This document shows, piece by piece, positions 23,266-32,847 of a DNA stretch of 64,000 nt. Positions within the stretch are counted from its first letter, which is position 1. Each line of letters begins with the position of its first letter. Made by a program: the position numbers and the translations under genes. The stretch comes from Vicinamibacteria bacterium. GTDB taxonomy: Bacteria; Acidobacteriota; Vicinamibacteria; Marinacidobacterales; Marinacidobacteraceae. The notes under the pieces are model-generated. The model had not been told where the DNA came from and did not search any database. It worked only from the letters and a program-made list of their open reading frames with translations. The stretch spans positions 1,056,001-1,120,000 of the forward strand of contig OY821641.1 in NCBI GenBank assembly GCA_963555995.3. The letters run 5' to 3'.

Positions 23266-23423
23266 GCGGGTTCCCCGCGGCCGCGTGGGCCCTGCTCGTG
23301 GTGGCCATCGTGCCCGGCATGGCGCTCGCCATCTGGAACGCCGCCCGCGGCCGCCGGGGGCTGAGAACCCCCACCGGGAGAAACCGTCATGTGCGGTCCT
23401 CCTGCACACCCCGCCGGGCATGA
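23262..23423 (+). CDS. Possible small membrane protein
   Basis: TTG start overlaps the upstream TGA; one TM (AAAWALLVVAIVPGMALAIW); 3' end runs into the repeat element. Confidence 0.4.
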   Translation: MSGFPAAAWALLVVAIVPGMALAIWNAARGRRGLRTPTGRNRHVRSSCTPRRA

Positions 23424-23980
23424 AAATGGCGGAGACGGCTGGGAGCGCCGCAGGGAGCGCCGGTGGGAGCGCCGGTCTTCAGACCGGCACAGCGGGCCGA
23501 AGGCCCGCGGACGTCGTACCGCTGTTTGCGGTGATGGACCAGGAGTCGAACGCCATGGTGCGGGGCGGCGTGGCGCCGTGCGCTGCGCGGTCGCGCAGCG
23601 CGTGCCGGTCTGAAGACCGGCGCTCCCACGGCCCAGGGGGCCGAAGGCCCGCGGACGTCGTGTCGCTGTTTGCGGTGATGGACCGGGAGTCGAAGGCCAT
23701 GGTGCCGGGCGGCGTGGCGCCGTGCGCTGCGCGGTCGCGCAGCGCGTGCCGGTCTGAAGACCGGCGCTCCCACGGCCCAGGGGGCCGAAGGCCCGCGGAC
23801 GTCGTGTCGCTGTTTGCGGTGATGGACCAGGAGTCGAACGCCATGGTGCGGGGCGGCGTGGCGCCGTGCGCTGCGCGGTCGCGCAGCGCGTGCCGGTCTG
23901 AAGACCGGCGCTCCCGCGGCCCAGGGGGCCGAAGGCGCGCGGACGTCGGCGCTCACGTGGGTTTCACCACAGGCTGTTAA
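23371..23980. repeat. REPIN-like element expanded to three 144-bp tandem units
   Basis: CCGAAGGC anchor at 23497, 23641, 23785 and 23929; inverted REP hairpins; ends with GGGTTTCACCACAGGCTGTTAA. Confidence 0.88.
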
Positions 23981-23986
23981 GCGGAC

Positions 23987-25516
23987 ATGCCCGAAAACTG
24001 GCCGCTGTGGGCGGTTCTTGTTTCGTACCTCTCCATCCTCTTCGGGCTCGCCATCTGGAGTTCCCGCAGCACCCGCGACCTCGCCGGCTACTACCTGGCG
24101 GGGCGGAAGCTCCCGGCAGCCGTCGTCGGCTTCTCCGCGGCGAGCACCGGCGAGAGCGCCTGGCTGCTCCTCGGGCTTACCGGGATGGGCTACCTGCTGG
24201 GGGTGAACGCGCTCTGGATCGTCTTCGGCGAGGTGCTGGCCACCGCGGTGGCGTGGACCTTCATCGGACCCCGCTTCAAGGCGCTTGCCGACCGTTACCG
24301 CGCCATCACGGTGGCCGACTGGATGGAGGAACGGTTCGGGGACCGGCGGCAGATCCTCCGCATCCTCGGATCGGTGGTGATCCTCGTGATGGCGGGGACC
24401 TACATGGCCGCCCAGCTCACCGGATCGGGCAAGACCTTCGAGTCGTTCCTCGGGGTCCCCTACGAGGCCGGCGTCGTGCTCGGGGCGGTCGTCATCCTCT
24501 TCTACACGAGCTTCGGCGGCCTCAAGGCGGTCGCCTGGAGCGACCTGATCCAGGCGACGCTGATGGCGGCGGCGCTGGTGGCGCTGCCGCTGGTCGCGAT
24601 CCACGAGATCGGCGGGCTCTCCGTGCTGGCGGAGCGGCTGGCGAGCGCGGACCCCGGCCTGCTGCGCCCGCTCGGGTCCTCGGGCGCGAGCGCCCAGGGG
24701 TTCGCCGACGTCATCAGCCACATGGGGATCGGCCTCGCCTTCCTCGGCGCGCCGCAGCTCCTCGTCCGGTTCATGGCCTCGAAGGACCGGCGCACGCTGT
24801 CCGACGGCGGGTTCATGGCCGCGTTCGTGATCGTGCTGTTCGATCTCGGGGCGGTGCTCACCGGGATGGCCGGCCGGGTGCTCTACCCGGTGATGGACGA
24901 CCCGGAGGGGATCCTGCCGCTGCTGGCCTCGGACCTCATGCCGCCGGTGGTCACCGGCCTCTTCCTGACCGCGGTGCTGGCGGCGATCATGTCCACGGCG
25001 GACTCGGTGCTGCTGCTGGCCTCGTCGGCGGTGGTGCGGGACTTCTTCGAGAAGCTGCTCGGGACGCGCCACCGGGACCCGGCGGCGCCGGGACTCTCCG
25101 GGTTCGTGGCCCGGGTGACCGGCGACGAAGCCCGGCTGGCCCGCTTCGGCAAGGCGGTCACGCTGGCGCTCGGGGTGGTCGGGATCGGCGTCGCCCTCCC
25201 GGAGGTGCGGGTCATCTTCTTCTTCGTCCTGTTCTCGTGGTCGGGGCTCGGCTGCGCCTTCGCGCCGGTCGCCATCCTGGGGATCTTCTGGAAGCGCATG
25301 ACCCTGCCCGGGGCGGTCGCCGGGATGGTGACCGGCTTCCTGACCTCAGTGGGCTGGTTCCTGTGGGGGAAGCCCGCGTACTTCCAGCTCTACGAGATGG
25401 TCGTGGGGTTCGCCGCCGGGTTCGCCGCCGCCATCGTGGTCAGCCTCCTGACCCGGCCCGATCCGGAGGGCGCGAAGCAGGTGGAGGAGGCGGCGCGCTG
25501 GGCGAGGCAGCGGTGA
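23987..25516 (+). CDS. putP: Sodium/proline symporter (SSS family)
   Basis: YYLAGRKL, SAASTGESAWLLLGLTG, GGLKAVAWSD and LAAIMSTADS motifs. Confidence 0.85.
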   Translation: MPENWPLWAVLVSYLSILFGLAIWSSRSTRDLAGYYLAGRKLPAAVVGFSAASTGESAWLLLGLTGMGYLLGVNALWIVFGEVLATAVAWTFIGPRFKALADRYRAITVADWMEERFGDRRQILRILGSVVILVMAGTYMAAQLTGSGKTFESFLGVPYEAGVVLGAVVILFYTSFGGLKAVAWSDLIQATLMAAALVALPLVAIHEIGGLSVLAERLASADPGLLRPLGSSGASAQGFADVISHMGIGLAFLGAPQLLVRFMASKDRRTLSDGGFMAAFVIVLFDLGAVLTGMAGRVLYPVMDDPEGILPLLASDLMPPVVTGLFLTAVLAAIMSTADSVLLLASSAVVRDFFEKLLGTRHRDPAAPGLSGFVARVTGDEARLARFGKAVTLALGVVGIGVALPEVRVIFFFVLFSWSGLGCAFAPVAILGIFWKRMTLPGAVAGMVTGFLTSVGWFLWGKPAYFQLYEMVVGFAAGFAAAIVVSLLTRPDPEGAKQVEEAARWARQR

Positions 25517-26349
25517 GGCGGACGACCGCCGGCTGGGTCGTCGCGGCGCTCGCTCCATTCGCCCTCCCGGCCTGCGAAGAGGGCGGGGAAGGTCCCACCA
25601 GCCCGGGACCCGGCGCCCCGTCGAACGCGCTGGTGGACCGCGTGGAGATCGTCTCGGAGCCGGCCGCGAACGGGACCTATCTCGACGGCGAGGACCTCGT
25701 CTTCGCCGTCCTGCTCACGAGCGGAGAAGCGGTGGAGGCGACCGGCGAGGTCTTCCTGATCTTCGACCTCGGGCTCGCGAGCCAGCCGGCCGCCCTCGCG
25801 TCCTCGGAAGCCGGACGGCTGGAGTTCCGCTACCAGGTCCGGCGCGGGGACTACGACGGCGACGGCATCAGCGTGCCGGAGGGGGAGCTGATGTTCTCGC
25901 CCGGCGCCACGCTGCGGATCGGCGGCGCCGATCTCGACGCGGGCGTCCCGGGACTCCCGGCGGACGGGGAACACCGGGTCTTCGCGCGCTTCTCGCGCGG
26001 CGAGTCGGTCGTCTTTGACACCACCCTCGACCGTTTCCCGGTGGACTCGCTGGGTCTCACCGGCGCGGTGGGGTGCGCCGCGACCGAGGACATCGTCCCT
26101 CTCGTGGAGGCGGTCCTCGAGGGGAACCTGCCCGGCGCAGCGAGCCTCTTCCAGGTGGCCCGGCAACTCGGGCGCTGCGCAACGCTCAACGAGGGAGCGC
26201 CCGCCATCTTCCTCGCGGCGGCGGTACGGGAGCACCGGGGCGAAGTCTACGACCTGGTGCTCGCCTACGGCCCCGGCAGCGCCCTCGGCGGTCAGGAGAC
26301 CGCCGCCAACTGGTGGACCCTCGCCGACTTCCTTGCGGAACCGCCGTAA
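25513..26349 (+). CDS. Hypothetical lipoprotein with one Ig-like adhesin-type domain
   Basis: Lipobox ALPAC; GTY..GE...LEFRYQVRRGDYDGDGISV segment; GTG overlaps the putP stop. Confidence 0.65.
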   Translation: MRRTTAGWVVAALAPFALPACEEGGEGPTSPGPGAPSNALVDRVEIVSEPAANGTYLDGEDLVFAVLLTSGEAVEATGEVFLIFDLGLASQPAALASSEAGRLEFRYQVRRGDYDGDGISVPEGELMFSPGATLRIGGADLDAGVPGLPADGEHRVFARFSRGESVVFDTTLDRFPVDSLGLTGAVGCAATEDIVPLVEAVLEGNLPGAASLFQVARQLGRCATLNEGAPAIFLAAAVREHRGEVYDLVLAYGPGSALGGQETAANWWTLADFLAEPP

Positions 26350-26381
26350 GCGCAGGGGTCGCCGTTCTCCAGGATGACGCG

Positions 26382-26833
26382 CCGGCTTGGAACGCCGATC
26401 TCCAGATCGGCACGCGCGGCGCTCCGCGCCGCGCCCGTCGCAACGCCATTCGGCCTGAAGGCACCCCCGGCTTGGAACGCCGATCTCCAGATCGGCACGC
26501 GCGATGCTCCGCGCCGCGCCCGTCGTAACGCCATTCGGCCGGAAGGCACCCCCGGCTTGAAACGCCGGTCCCCGACCGGCACGCGCGGCGCTCCGCACCG
26601 CGCCCGTCGCAACGCCATCGGGTCTGATGACACCCCCGGCTTGGAACGCCGATCTCCAGATCGGCACGCGCGGCGCTCCGCGCCGCGCCCGTCGTAACGC
26701 CATTCGGCCGGAAGGCACCCCCGACTTGAAACGCCGGTCTCCGACAGGCACGCGCGGTGCTCTGCACCGCGCCCGTCACAACGCCACCGGGTCTGATGGC
26801 ATCCCCGGCTTGGAACGCCGACCTCCGGCCGGC
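26382..26833. repeat. Tandem array of six REP-containing 84-85 bp units
   Basis: CCG(G/A)CTTG(G/A)AACGCCG anchors at 26382, 26467, 26552, 26636, 26721 and 26805. Confidence 0.9.
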
Positions 26834-26902
26834 ATCGCCCGTCGGAGGCGGGCGAAACGCGATCCCGGTTCATCCGGCTACCGCCGTCGCTACCCTCATC
26901 TC

Positions 26903-27265
26903 ATGAGCCGCACCGCCTGCCGCAAGTTCTCCCCCGCCAACTGCGCCACCCAACTCCCCGACGACCGCTACTTCGTCGCGCTGAACCGCGGCACTCTCGA
27001 AGTCGGCCTCTACGCCCCGGAAGGCGTGGACCCCCAACAGCCCCACGATCAGGACGAGTGCTACGTGATCCTCGAAGGCGATGGCCGGTTCGAGATGGGC
27101 GACGAGACGGTTCCTTTCCAGCCGGGCGATTTCTTCTTCGTCCCCGCCGGTGTACCCCATCGCTTCCTCGAGTTCGACGACTCGTTCAAGGCGTGGGTGA
27201 TCTTCTACGGCCCGGAAGGTGGAGAGGATCCGATGGGGGCGTCCCCCGGACATTCCTCCTCGTAG
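26903..27265 (+). CDS. Cupin domain protein
   Basis: DPQQPHDQDECYVILEG and FFVPAGVPHRF motifs. Confidence 0.88.
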   Translation: MSRTACRKFSPANCATQLPDDRYFVALNRGTLEVGLYAPEGVDPQQPHDQDECYVILEGDGRFEMGDETVPFQPGDFFFVPAGVPHRFLEFDDSFKAWVIFYGPEGGEDPMGASPGHSSS

Positions 27266-27597
27266 CTCCGTCCCTCCGGTTGCGCCTACGAATCCGCCCG
27301 TCCAGCAGACCTCCCGACGGCGACGGACTTGCCGGGGTCTCTCGACGGATTCGGCGATCTTCCGGCGCAAGGCTGCGCGGAGCATTGTGGCGGCTCCGTC
27401 GGCCAATCACTTCTGTCCTTTTCCGGAGGACAATCGAACGGCAATCCGTCCTTTTGAAAGGGATGGATCTGGTGCGGATGTCGCCCAGGATGGCGGGAGT
27501 CACCCTTTGATTTGCATGGATGGAAGAAAATCCATTGTGACTGTTGTGAAATCGAGTGAATCATGCATATCCAAAATCTGGATTATGATTTGCATGA

Positions 27598-28767
27598 ATG
27601 ATCCCCCGTAAGGCCGAAGAGGAGATCCGCGCCGGCCTCCGCCGACAGGCGGTCGTCGCCCTCCTCGGTCCCCGCCAGGCCGGGAAGACCACGCTGGCCC
27701 GCGCCATTGCGGAGCGAACCGATGCGGTCGTCCTCGATCTTGAGAGCACGGCGGACCGGGATCAGCTCGCGGACGTTCCTCTGTTCGTTCGCGCCAACGA
27801 GGACCGCCTGGTCGTCCTCGACGAGATCCACAAGATGCCGGAGATCTTTGACGAACTCCGCGTTCTGGTGGACGAAGGACGACGGCGGGGTAAGGGCGTG
27901 GGTCGTTTCCTGGTCCTCGGATCGGCTTCGATCCCGTTCCTCAGGCAGTCGGAGAGCCTCGCGGGCCGGATCGAGTACGTGGACCTCGGCCCCCTCAACG
28001 TCCTCGAAACGGAACCCACGTTCGAGGCCGCGACCCGGCTGTGGGTTCGCGGCGGCCTACCGCTCAGCTTCCTCGCGAAGAGCGACGAAGACAGCCTGAT
28101 CTATCGCCGGAACCTGATCCGCACCTATCTGGAGCGTGACGCGCCGGAGTTCTACCCGCGTGTCCCGCCCCTCACCCTCGAACGGCTCTGGACGATGCTC
28201 GCCCATGGCCAGGGCGGGTTGCTGAATGCCGCGCGACTGGCCGCCGGGTTGGGGATCAGCGCGCCCACGGTCGTCAACTATGTGGACCTGCTGGCCGGAA
28301 TACTCCTCGTCCGCCGTCTGCCTCCTCGCCACGCGAACGTGAAGAAACGGCTCGTGAAATCCCCTCGGGTCTATGTGCGGGACAGCGGCCTCGTCCACGC
28401 CCTGCTCCGGATAGGCGACCTGAACTCGCTGCTCGGCCACCCGGTGGTCGGCCCGAGCTGGGAGGGCTTCGTCATCGAGACCATCCTGGGCGCCGCGCCC
28501 TGGGGCGTGCTGCCCTCGTTCTACCGGACCGCGAACGGCGCCGAGGCCGATCTGGTCCTCGACCTGCCCGGGCAACTGCGTCCCTGGGTCATCGAGATCA
28601 AACGATCATCCAGTCCGCGCCTGTCCCCGGGCTTCACGATCGCCCGCCGTGACCTGAATGCGGAACGAGCCTTCGTGGTTTACGGGGGTGAGGAACGATT
28701 CCCGATCCGGCGCGGCGTCGAAGCGATCAGCCTCCGGGAGATGGCGGCTCTGGTCCGCGACCTCTGA
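27598..28767 (+). CDS. ATP-binding protein, AAA_14 + DUF4143
   Basis: GPRQAGKTT, VVLDEIH, LGSAS, ESLAGR, KSPRVYVRDSG and EADLV...IEIK motifs. Confidence 0.92.
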   Translation: MIPRKAEEEIRAGLRRQAVVALLGPRQAGKTTLARAIAERTDAVVLDLESTADRDQLADVPLFVRANEDRLVVLDEIHKMPEIFDELRVLVDEGRRRGKGVGRFLVLGSASIPFLRQSESLAGRIEYVDLGPLNVLETEPTFEAATRLWVRGGLPLSFLAKSDEDSLIYRRNLIRTYLERDAPEFYPRVPPLTLERLWTMLAHGQGGLLNAARLAAGLGISAPTVVNYVDLLAGILLVRRLPPRHANVKKRLVKSPRVYVRDSGLVHALLRIGDLNSLLGHPVVGPSWEGFVIETILGAAPWGVLPSFYRTANGAEADLVLDLPGQLRPWVIEIKRSSSPRLSPGFTIARRDLNAERAFVVYGGEERFPIRRGVEAISLREMAALVRDL

Positions 28768-28786
28768 GCCGGTCCGGCCCCGCCGT

Positions 28787-30127
28787 TCAGAGAGCCCGGA
28801 GACCTTCGGACGGAATGAGTTCGGGATCGTCCGTGTCGTTCGCCAGGCGTTCCAGCGACCCGATCACCCGGTCCAGCCCGACCTGCCGCCGCGCCCAATG
28901 CATCGGCCCGCCGCGCTCCCGGGGGAATCCGTAGCCGAGCGCCCAGACCACGTCCACGTCGCCCTCCCGCTCGGCGATCCCTTCGGTGAGGATCCGCGCT
29001 CCCTCGTTCACCAGCGCGAAGAGACAGCGCTCGAGAATCTCGAGGTTTCCCACCGTGCGGCGTTCGATTCCCTGCGCCGTGGATTCACCAACGGCGATCT
29101 CGGCGACCTCCGGGTCGGGGTGTGGCGTCCGGTCCCCGCGCTCGTAGCGGTAGAACCCGGCGCCCGTCTTCTGGCCGAGCCGTCCCCGTTCGCAGAGCTG
29201 GTCCGCCACGTTCGGCGGTGGGGGCGGCGCGCCTCGAGACTCTGCTTCCCTGGCGAGCCGTTGCCGCACCGCCCGGCCGATGTCCAGCCCCGCCAGGTCC
29301 GCCACCGCGAAGGGACCCATCCGGAACCCGAAATCCTGGAGCGCCCCGTCAATCTGCTCGGGGAGCGCGCCCTCCAGCAGCAGCCGGTCCGCCTGCCGGC
29401 GGTAGGCGTAGAGCATCCGGTTGCCCACGAAGCCGTCGCAGACCCCGACCGGTACCGGCGCCTTGCCGAGCCGGACGCCGAGGGACATCGCGGTGGCGAG
29501 CGTTTCCGGCGCGGTGGCGTCGCCCACCACCACTTCCAGCAGGCGCATCACGTGGGCCGGGCTGAAGAAGTGCGTTCCGACGACGGCTTCCGGCCGGCCG
29601 GTGGCGGCGGCGATGGCGTCCACATCGAGGGAGGAGGTATTCGTCGCGAGGACCGCGCCCGGTTGCGCCACCCGATCGAGGCGGGCGAAGACGTCCTGCT
29701 TGACGGCCATCTCCTCGAAGACCGCCTCCACGAGGAAGTCCGCGCCGCCGAAGTCTTCGAACCCTTCGGCGCGGCGGATCCTCCGCAGCCGCGCTTCCGC
29801 CTCCGCGGCGGCGATCTTTCCCCGGCCCACGGCGCGGGAAAGGCTCCCGGCGACCGCCGCTTCGCCCTGGACCCAGGCGTCGTCCGATTCCTCGTGGACC
29901 ACCACCGGGATTCCTGCCGCGGCGAAGGACATCGCGATCCCGCGCCCCATGGTCCCGAAGCCCACGACCGCGGCGCTCTCGACTTCGGACCCGGTCACCC
30001 CTTCCGGAATCCGCCGCGACCGCGCCGCTGCGCTTTCCGCCTGCCGGAGGTGTTCAGCGGCGGCCCGCTGCTCTTCCGGGGTAGGGGTCCGGTCCAGGGG
30101 TTCCGAAGGCGGGGCCGAAGAGTCCAT
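28787..30127 (-). CDS. 3-hydroxyacyl-CoA dehydrogenase
   Basis: VGFGTMGRGIA, EAVFE, LATNTSSL, HFFSPA and GFVGNR motifs; duplicated C-terminal domain. Confidence 0.92.
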   Translation of the reverse strand: MDSSAPPSEPLDRTPTPEEQRAAAEHLRQAESAAARSRRIPEGVTGSEVESAAVVGFGTMGRGIAMSFAAAGIPVVVHEESDDAWVQGEAAVAGSLSRAVGRGKIAAAEAEARLRRIRRAEGFEDFGGADFLVEAVFEEMAVKQDVFARLDRVAQPGAVLATNTSSLDVDAIAAATGRPEAVVGTHFFSPAHVMRLLEVVVGDATAPETLATAMSLGVRLGKAPVPVGVCDGFVGNRMLYAYRRQADRLLLEGALPEQIDGALQDFGFRMGPFAVADLAGLDIGRAVRQRLAREAESRGAPPPPPNVADQLCERGRLGQKTGAGFYRYERGDRTPHPDPEVAEIAVGESTAQGIERRTVGNLEILERCLFALVNEGARILTEGIAEREGDVDVVWALGYGFPRERGGPMHWARRQVGLDRVIGSLERLANDTDDPELIPSEGLRAL

Positions 30128-30191
30128 TGCGGAAACAGGATAGCGACGGTCCCGCCCGGTGCTACCGTCCCCTGCGTCCGGGAGGCCCGAC

Positions 30192-30680
30192 ATGCGCACC
30201 ATCCTGAAGATCACGGCACTCGTGGCGCTGCTTGCCCTCGCCTGGGGCGCTGGCTGGCTGGCTTCGGGGATCGGAGTCGGACGGGTCGCCCCGGAGGCGA
30301 GCCTCGAAGCGCGCGAGCGCGCCTTCTCCGAGAGCATGCGCGACGTCGTGCTCGACGGCAGCTTCACGGTGGCCTGGCCGGAACCCCGCGACGGGGTCTA
30401 TAGCGACCGCTACGAGATCGCCGGGGTCACCAAGCTGGACGGCGACCGCTGGCGTTTCGACGCCCGGATCACCTACGGAAACACCGACGTGACGCTGCCG
30501 GTGGTGGTGCCGATCCGCTGGGCGGGGGACGTGCCCATGATCCGGATGGTGGACGTCGAGATTCCGGGCCTCGGCAACGAGTTCGGCGCGACGATCGTGT
30601 TCGACGGCGACCGCTACGGCGGCACCTGGGACCACGGCGAGGTCGGCGGCTTCATGTTCGGGCGGGTGGTCCGGGACTAG
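30192..30680 (+). CDS. Hypothetical exported or membrane-anchored protein
   Basis: GGAGG RBS, N-terminal hydrophobic segment, host-like codon usage. Confidence 0.7.
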   Translation: MRTILKITALVALLALAWGAGWLASGIGVGRVAPEASLEARERAFSESMRDVVLDGSFTVAWPEPRDGVYSDRYEIAGVTKLDGDRWRFDARITYGNTDVTLPVVVPIRWAGDVPMIRMVDVEIPGLGNEFGATIVFDGDRYGGTWDHGEVGGFMFGRVVRD

Positions 30681-30716
30681 GGCAACTCCCGCGCCGGACC
30701 GCGCTCCGAGGGAGAC

Positions 30717-31277
30717 ATGACCGCGCCCAGCGCGTCCGAGGCGACCTGGCTCGCGCTGCTGCGTGGCATCAACGTCGGCGGCAGGAACGTGATCCGGATG
30801 GCGGACCTCCGGAGCTGTTTCGAGGCGGCAGGCTTCCGCGACGTCGTCACCTACATCCAGAGCGGGAATGTGATCTTCCGCGCCCCGGACTCGACGCCCG
30901 GCGCCCTGACGATGCGGATTGAGGAGATGCTGGCCTCGGCGTTCGGCTACCAGGCGAAAGTCGCGTTGCGTTCCCGCGAGCAGATGGAAGCGGTGGTCGG
31001 CGGAGCGCCCGCAGGGTTCGGCTCGCAACCGGAGCGGCACCGCTACGACACCCTCTTCCTGAGGCCCCCGCTGACCGCGACCGCCGCCATGAACGAGGTG
31101 CTCGTCCGGCCTGGCGTGGACGAGGCGTGGGCGGGCGACGGGGTTCTCTATTTCTCGCGCCTGATCAGCCAGGCCTCCCGGAGCTACCTCAGCCGGCTCG
31201 TCTCGATGCCGGTGTACCAGGAGATGACCATCCGCAACTGGAACACGACGACCAGACTGCTGCAACTCATGTCCTGA
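30717..31277 (+). CDS. DUF1697 family protein
   Basis: ALLRGINVGG, VVTYIQSGNV and TIRNWNT motifs. Confidence 0.9.
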   Translation: MTAPSASEATWLALLRGINVGGRNVIRMADLRSCFEAAGFRDVVTYIQSGNVIFRAPDSTPGALTMRIEEMLASAFGYQAKVALRSREQMEAVVGGAPAGFGSQPERHRYDTLFLRPPLTATAAMNEVLVRPGVDEAWAGDGVLYFSRLISQASRSYLSRLVSMPVYQEMTIRNWNTTTRLLQLMS

Positions 31278-31350
31278 GTTGACGCCGGACAACGACTGGA
31301 TCGCCGAGCGCCGGGGATCCGAGATCCTTCAGTCGCGACCTCGGATGTTC

Positions 31351-31379
31351 TTGACACCATATGTCAAAGAAGACATAAT
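31351..31379 (+). promoter_or_regulatory. Sigma70-type promoter with overlapping palindromic operators for the TA operon
   Basis: TTGACA-N17-CATAAT; inverted repeats TTGACA-N5-TGTCAA and TATGTC-N6-GACATA. Confidence 0.75.
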
Positions 31380-31386
31380 TGTCTGA

Positions 31387-31752
31387 TTGAGTTGGGCAGT
31401 CGAGATCGCCGACGACTTCGCGTCGGAATTCGACAGCCTGCATGTCGATGTGCAAACGGAGATTTTGGCCTTGTCGCGCGTCCTTCAGCGGTTCGGACCG
31501 CAGCTCGGACGGCCCCGGGTGGACACGCTGAACGGCTCCCGGCACGCGAACATGAAGGAAATGCGGTTCCGCGCGGCCCATGGCGAATGGCGGGTGGCGT
31601 TCTGCTTCGACCCCGCGCGGAAGGCTGTCTTGCTCGTTGCCGGCGACAAGTCGGGAACCAGTTCACGGCGCTTCTATCGTGCACTGATTCGCAAGGCGGA
31701 CGAGCGGTTTGACAATCACCTGAGGCGGCTCAAACGAGAGGAGCCATCATGA
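31387..31752 (+). CDS. Type II TA toxin, RelE/HigB (Gp49-like)
   Basis: GPQLGRPRVDTLNGSRHANMKEMR and LLVAGDKSG motifs; toxin-first gene order. Confidence 0.9.
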   Translation: MSWAVEIADDFASEFDSLHVDVQTEILALSRVLQRFGPQLGRPRVDTLNGSRHANMKEMRFRAAHGEWRVAFCFDPARKAVLLVAGDKSGTSSRRFYRALIRKADERFDNHLRRLKREEPS

Positions 31753-32075
31753 CAATCAACGTGGAAGAGAAGATCGCGACGCTCGATCCCGTACAGCGGC
31801 GGAAGGTCGAGGAACGAGCGGCAGAACTCATCGCGGAAGAGATGACCCTGCGCGAGTTGCGCAAGGCCCGGCAGCTCACCCAGGCGCGGGTGGCAACGCA
31901 ACTCGGAATCAGTCAGGACGGCGTCTCAAGGCTGGAGCACCGGAGCGATCTGTTGCTTTCCACCTTGCGCAAGACCGTGGAGGCCATGGGCGGAAGCCTC
32001 ACTCTGGTTGCCAGGTTCCCGGATCGCCCACCAGTCGAACTCTCGGGAATCGCCACGGGTGATCCCGGCGACTGA
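31749..32075 (+). CDS. XRE-family HTH antitoxin (HigA-like)
   Basis: LRELRKARQLTQ..VA..LGISQ..VSRLE..SDLLLSTLR; ATGA overlap with the toxin. Confidence 0.9.
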   Translation: MTINVEEKIATLDPVQRRKVEERAAELIAEEMTLRELRKARQLTQARVATQLGISQDGVSRLEHRSDLLLSTLRKTVEAMGGSLTLVARFPDRPPVELSGIATGDPGD

Positions 32076-32188
32076 CCGAGTCACTCCTCCAACCGGCGTC
32101 GCAGGTCCGCCGGATCCCCGGGCACCCGCTGGCGTGTGGTCGCAAAGGCCGTTGGCCGGGACGGCGCCGCTCACGGGGGAGCGACGGG

Positions 32189-32625
32189 TCAGGCCGCGGT
32201 GCTCTCGATCAGGTCGCCCTTGCGCTGCAGCACGGTCACGCCCTGCTCCAGGGCTGCGTGCTTGAGTTCGTCGTGAACGTGGAAGGCCGCCAGGACGAGG
32301 CGCGCCTCGCGGTCCGCGTACTCGGGAAACAGGCGCCGGAAGTTGGCGGCCTTGTCGTCGAGCAGCCGCCGCAGGTCGTTCTCGTGCGCCTTGTACTCGA
32401 CCTCCACGACGAATACCTGCCGTCCGTTGATCAGCAGCAGGTCGAAGTAGTCCTCCAGCCCGGCGCCGCTGCGCGTGAAGCCCTTGGCGACGATGTCGAA
32501 CCGCACTCCGCCGAGAACCCGATTGGCCTTGAGGCAGTTGTAGAAGAAGTCCGCGGCCACCGCGCGCTGGCTCTTTCCCCCGCCGCCGTCATCTCGGCCA
32601 GCCGGTTCAGTTCTTCGTCGGTCAT
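32189..32625 (-). pseudogene. Frameshifted or internally deleted PD-(D/E)XK-like (DUF3782-like) gene
   Basis: MTDEELNRL N-terminus (ATG 32625) is out of frame with the C-terminal domain (ADFFYNCL...FDLLLING...VVEVEYK); the span is 437 bp. Confidence 0.55.
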
Positions 32626-32847
32626 GGCAAACGATCCCGTCACCGCGAGTCAGTGTAGCCGGGGCAAGGCTCGCGGCTACCGAGCGGGGGCGAGCCCGCC
32701 GATGCGTCCGCCGAGGTAGAACCGCCGCCCGTAGTCCGACTGGCTGAACGACCCGAACCAGGTCAGCAGCGCTGAGTGGAGGAGGATGTCGCCATCGCGC
32801 AACCGCACGGTCGGAAGCACTTGGTCGCCATCCGTTACGTCGGTTGT

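Noticed and set aside
18823-23421. 1532-aa minus-strand ORF as a single giant protein
   Set aside because: Most of it is the antisense shadow of the TolB-amidohydrolase gene; only the last ~325 codons encode a recognisable dehydratase.
23174-23980. 48-aa repeat protein ORFs (and similar ORFs at 26186-26873)
   Set aside because: They arise from non-coding palindromic repeats open in several frames on both strands; the same DNA occurs at other intergenic sites.
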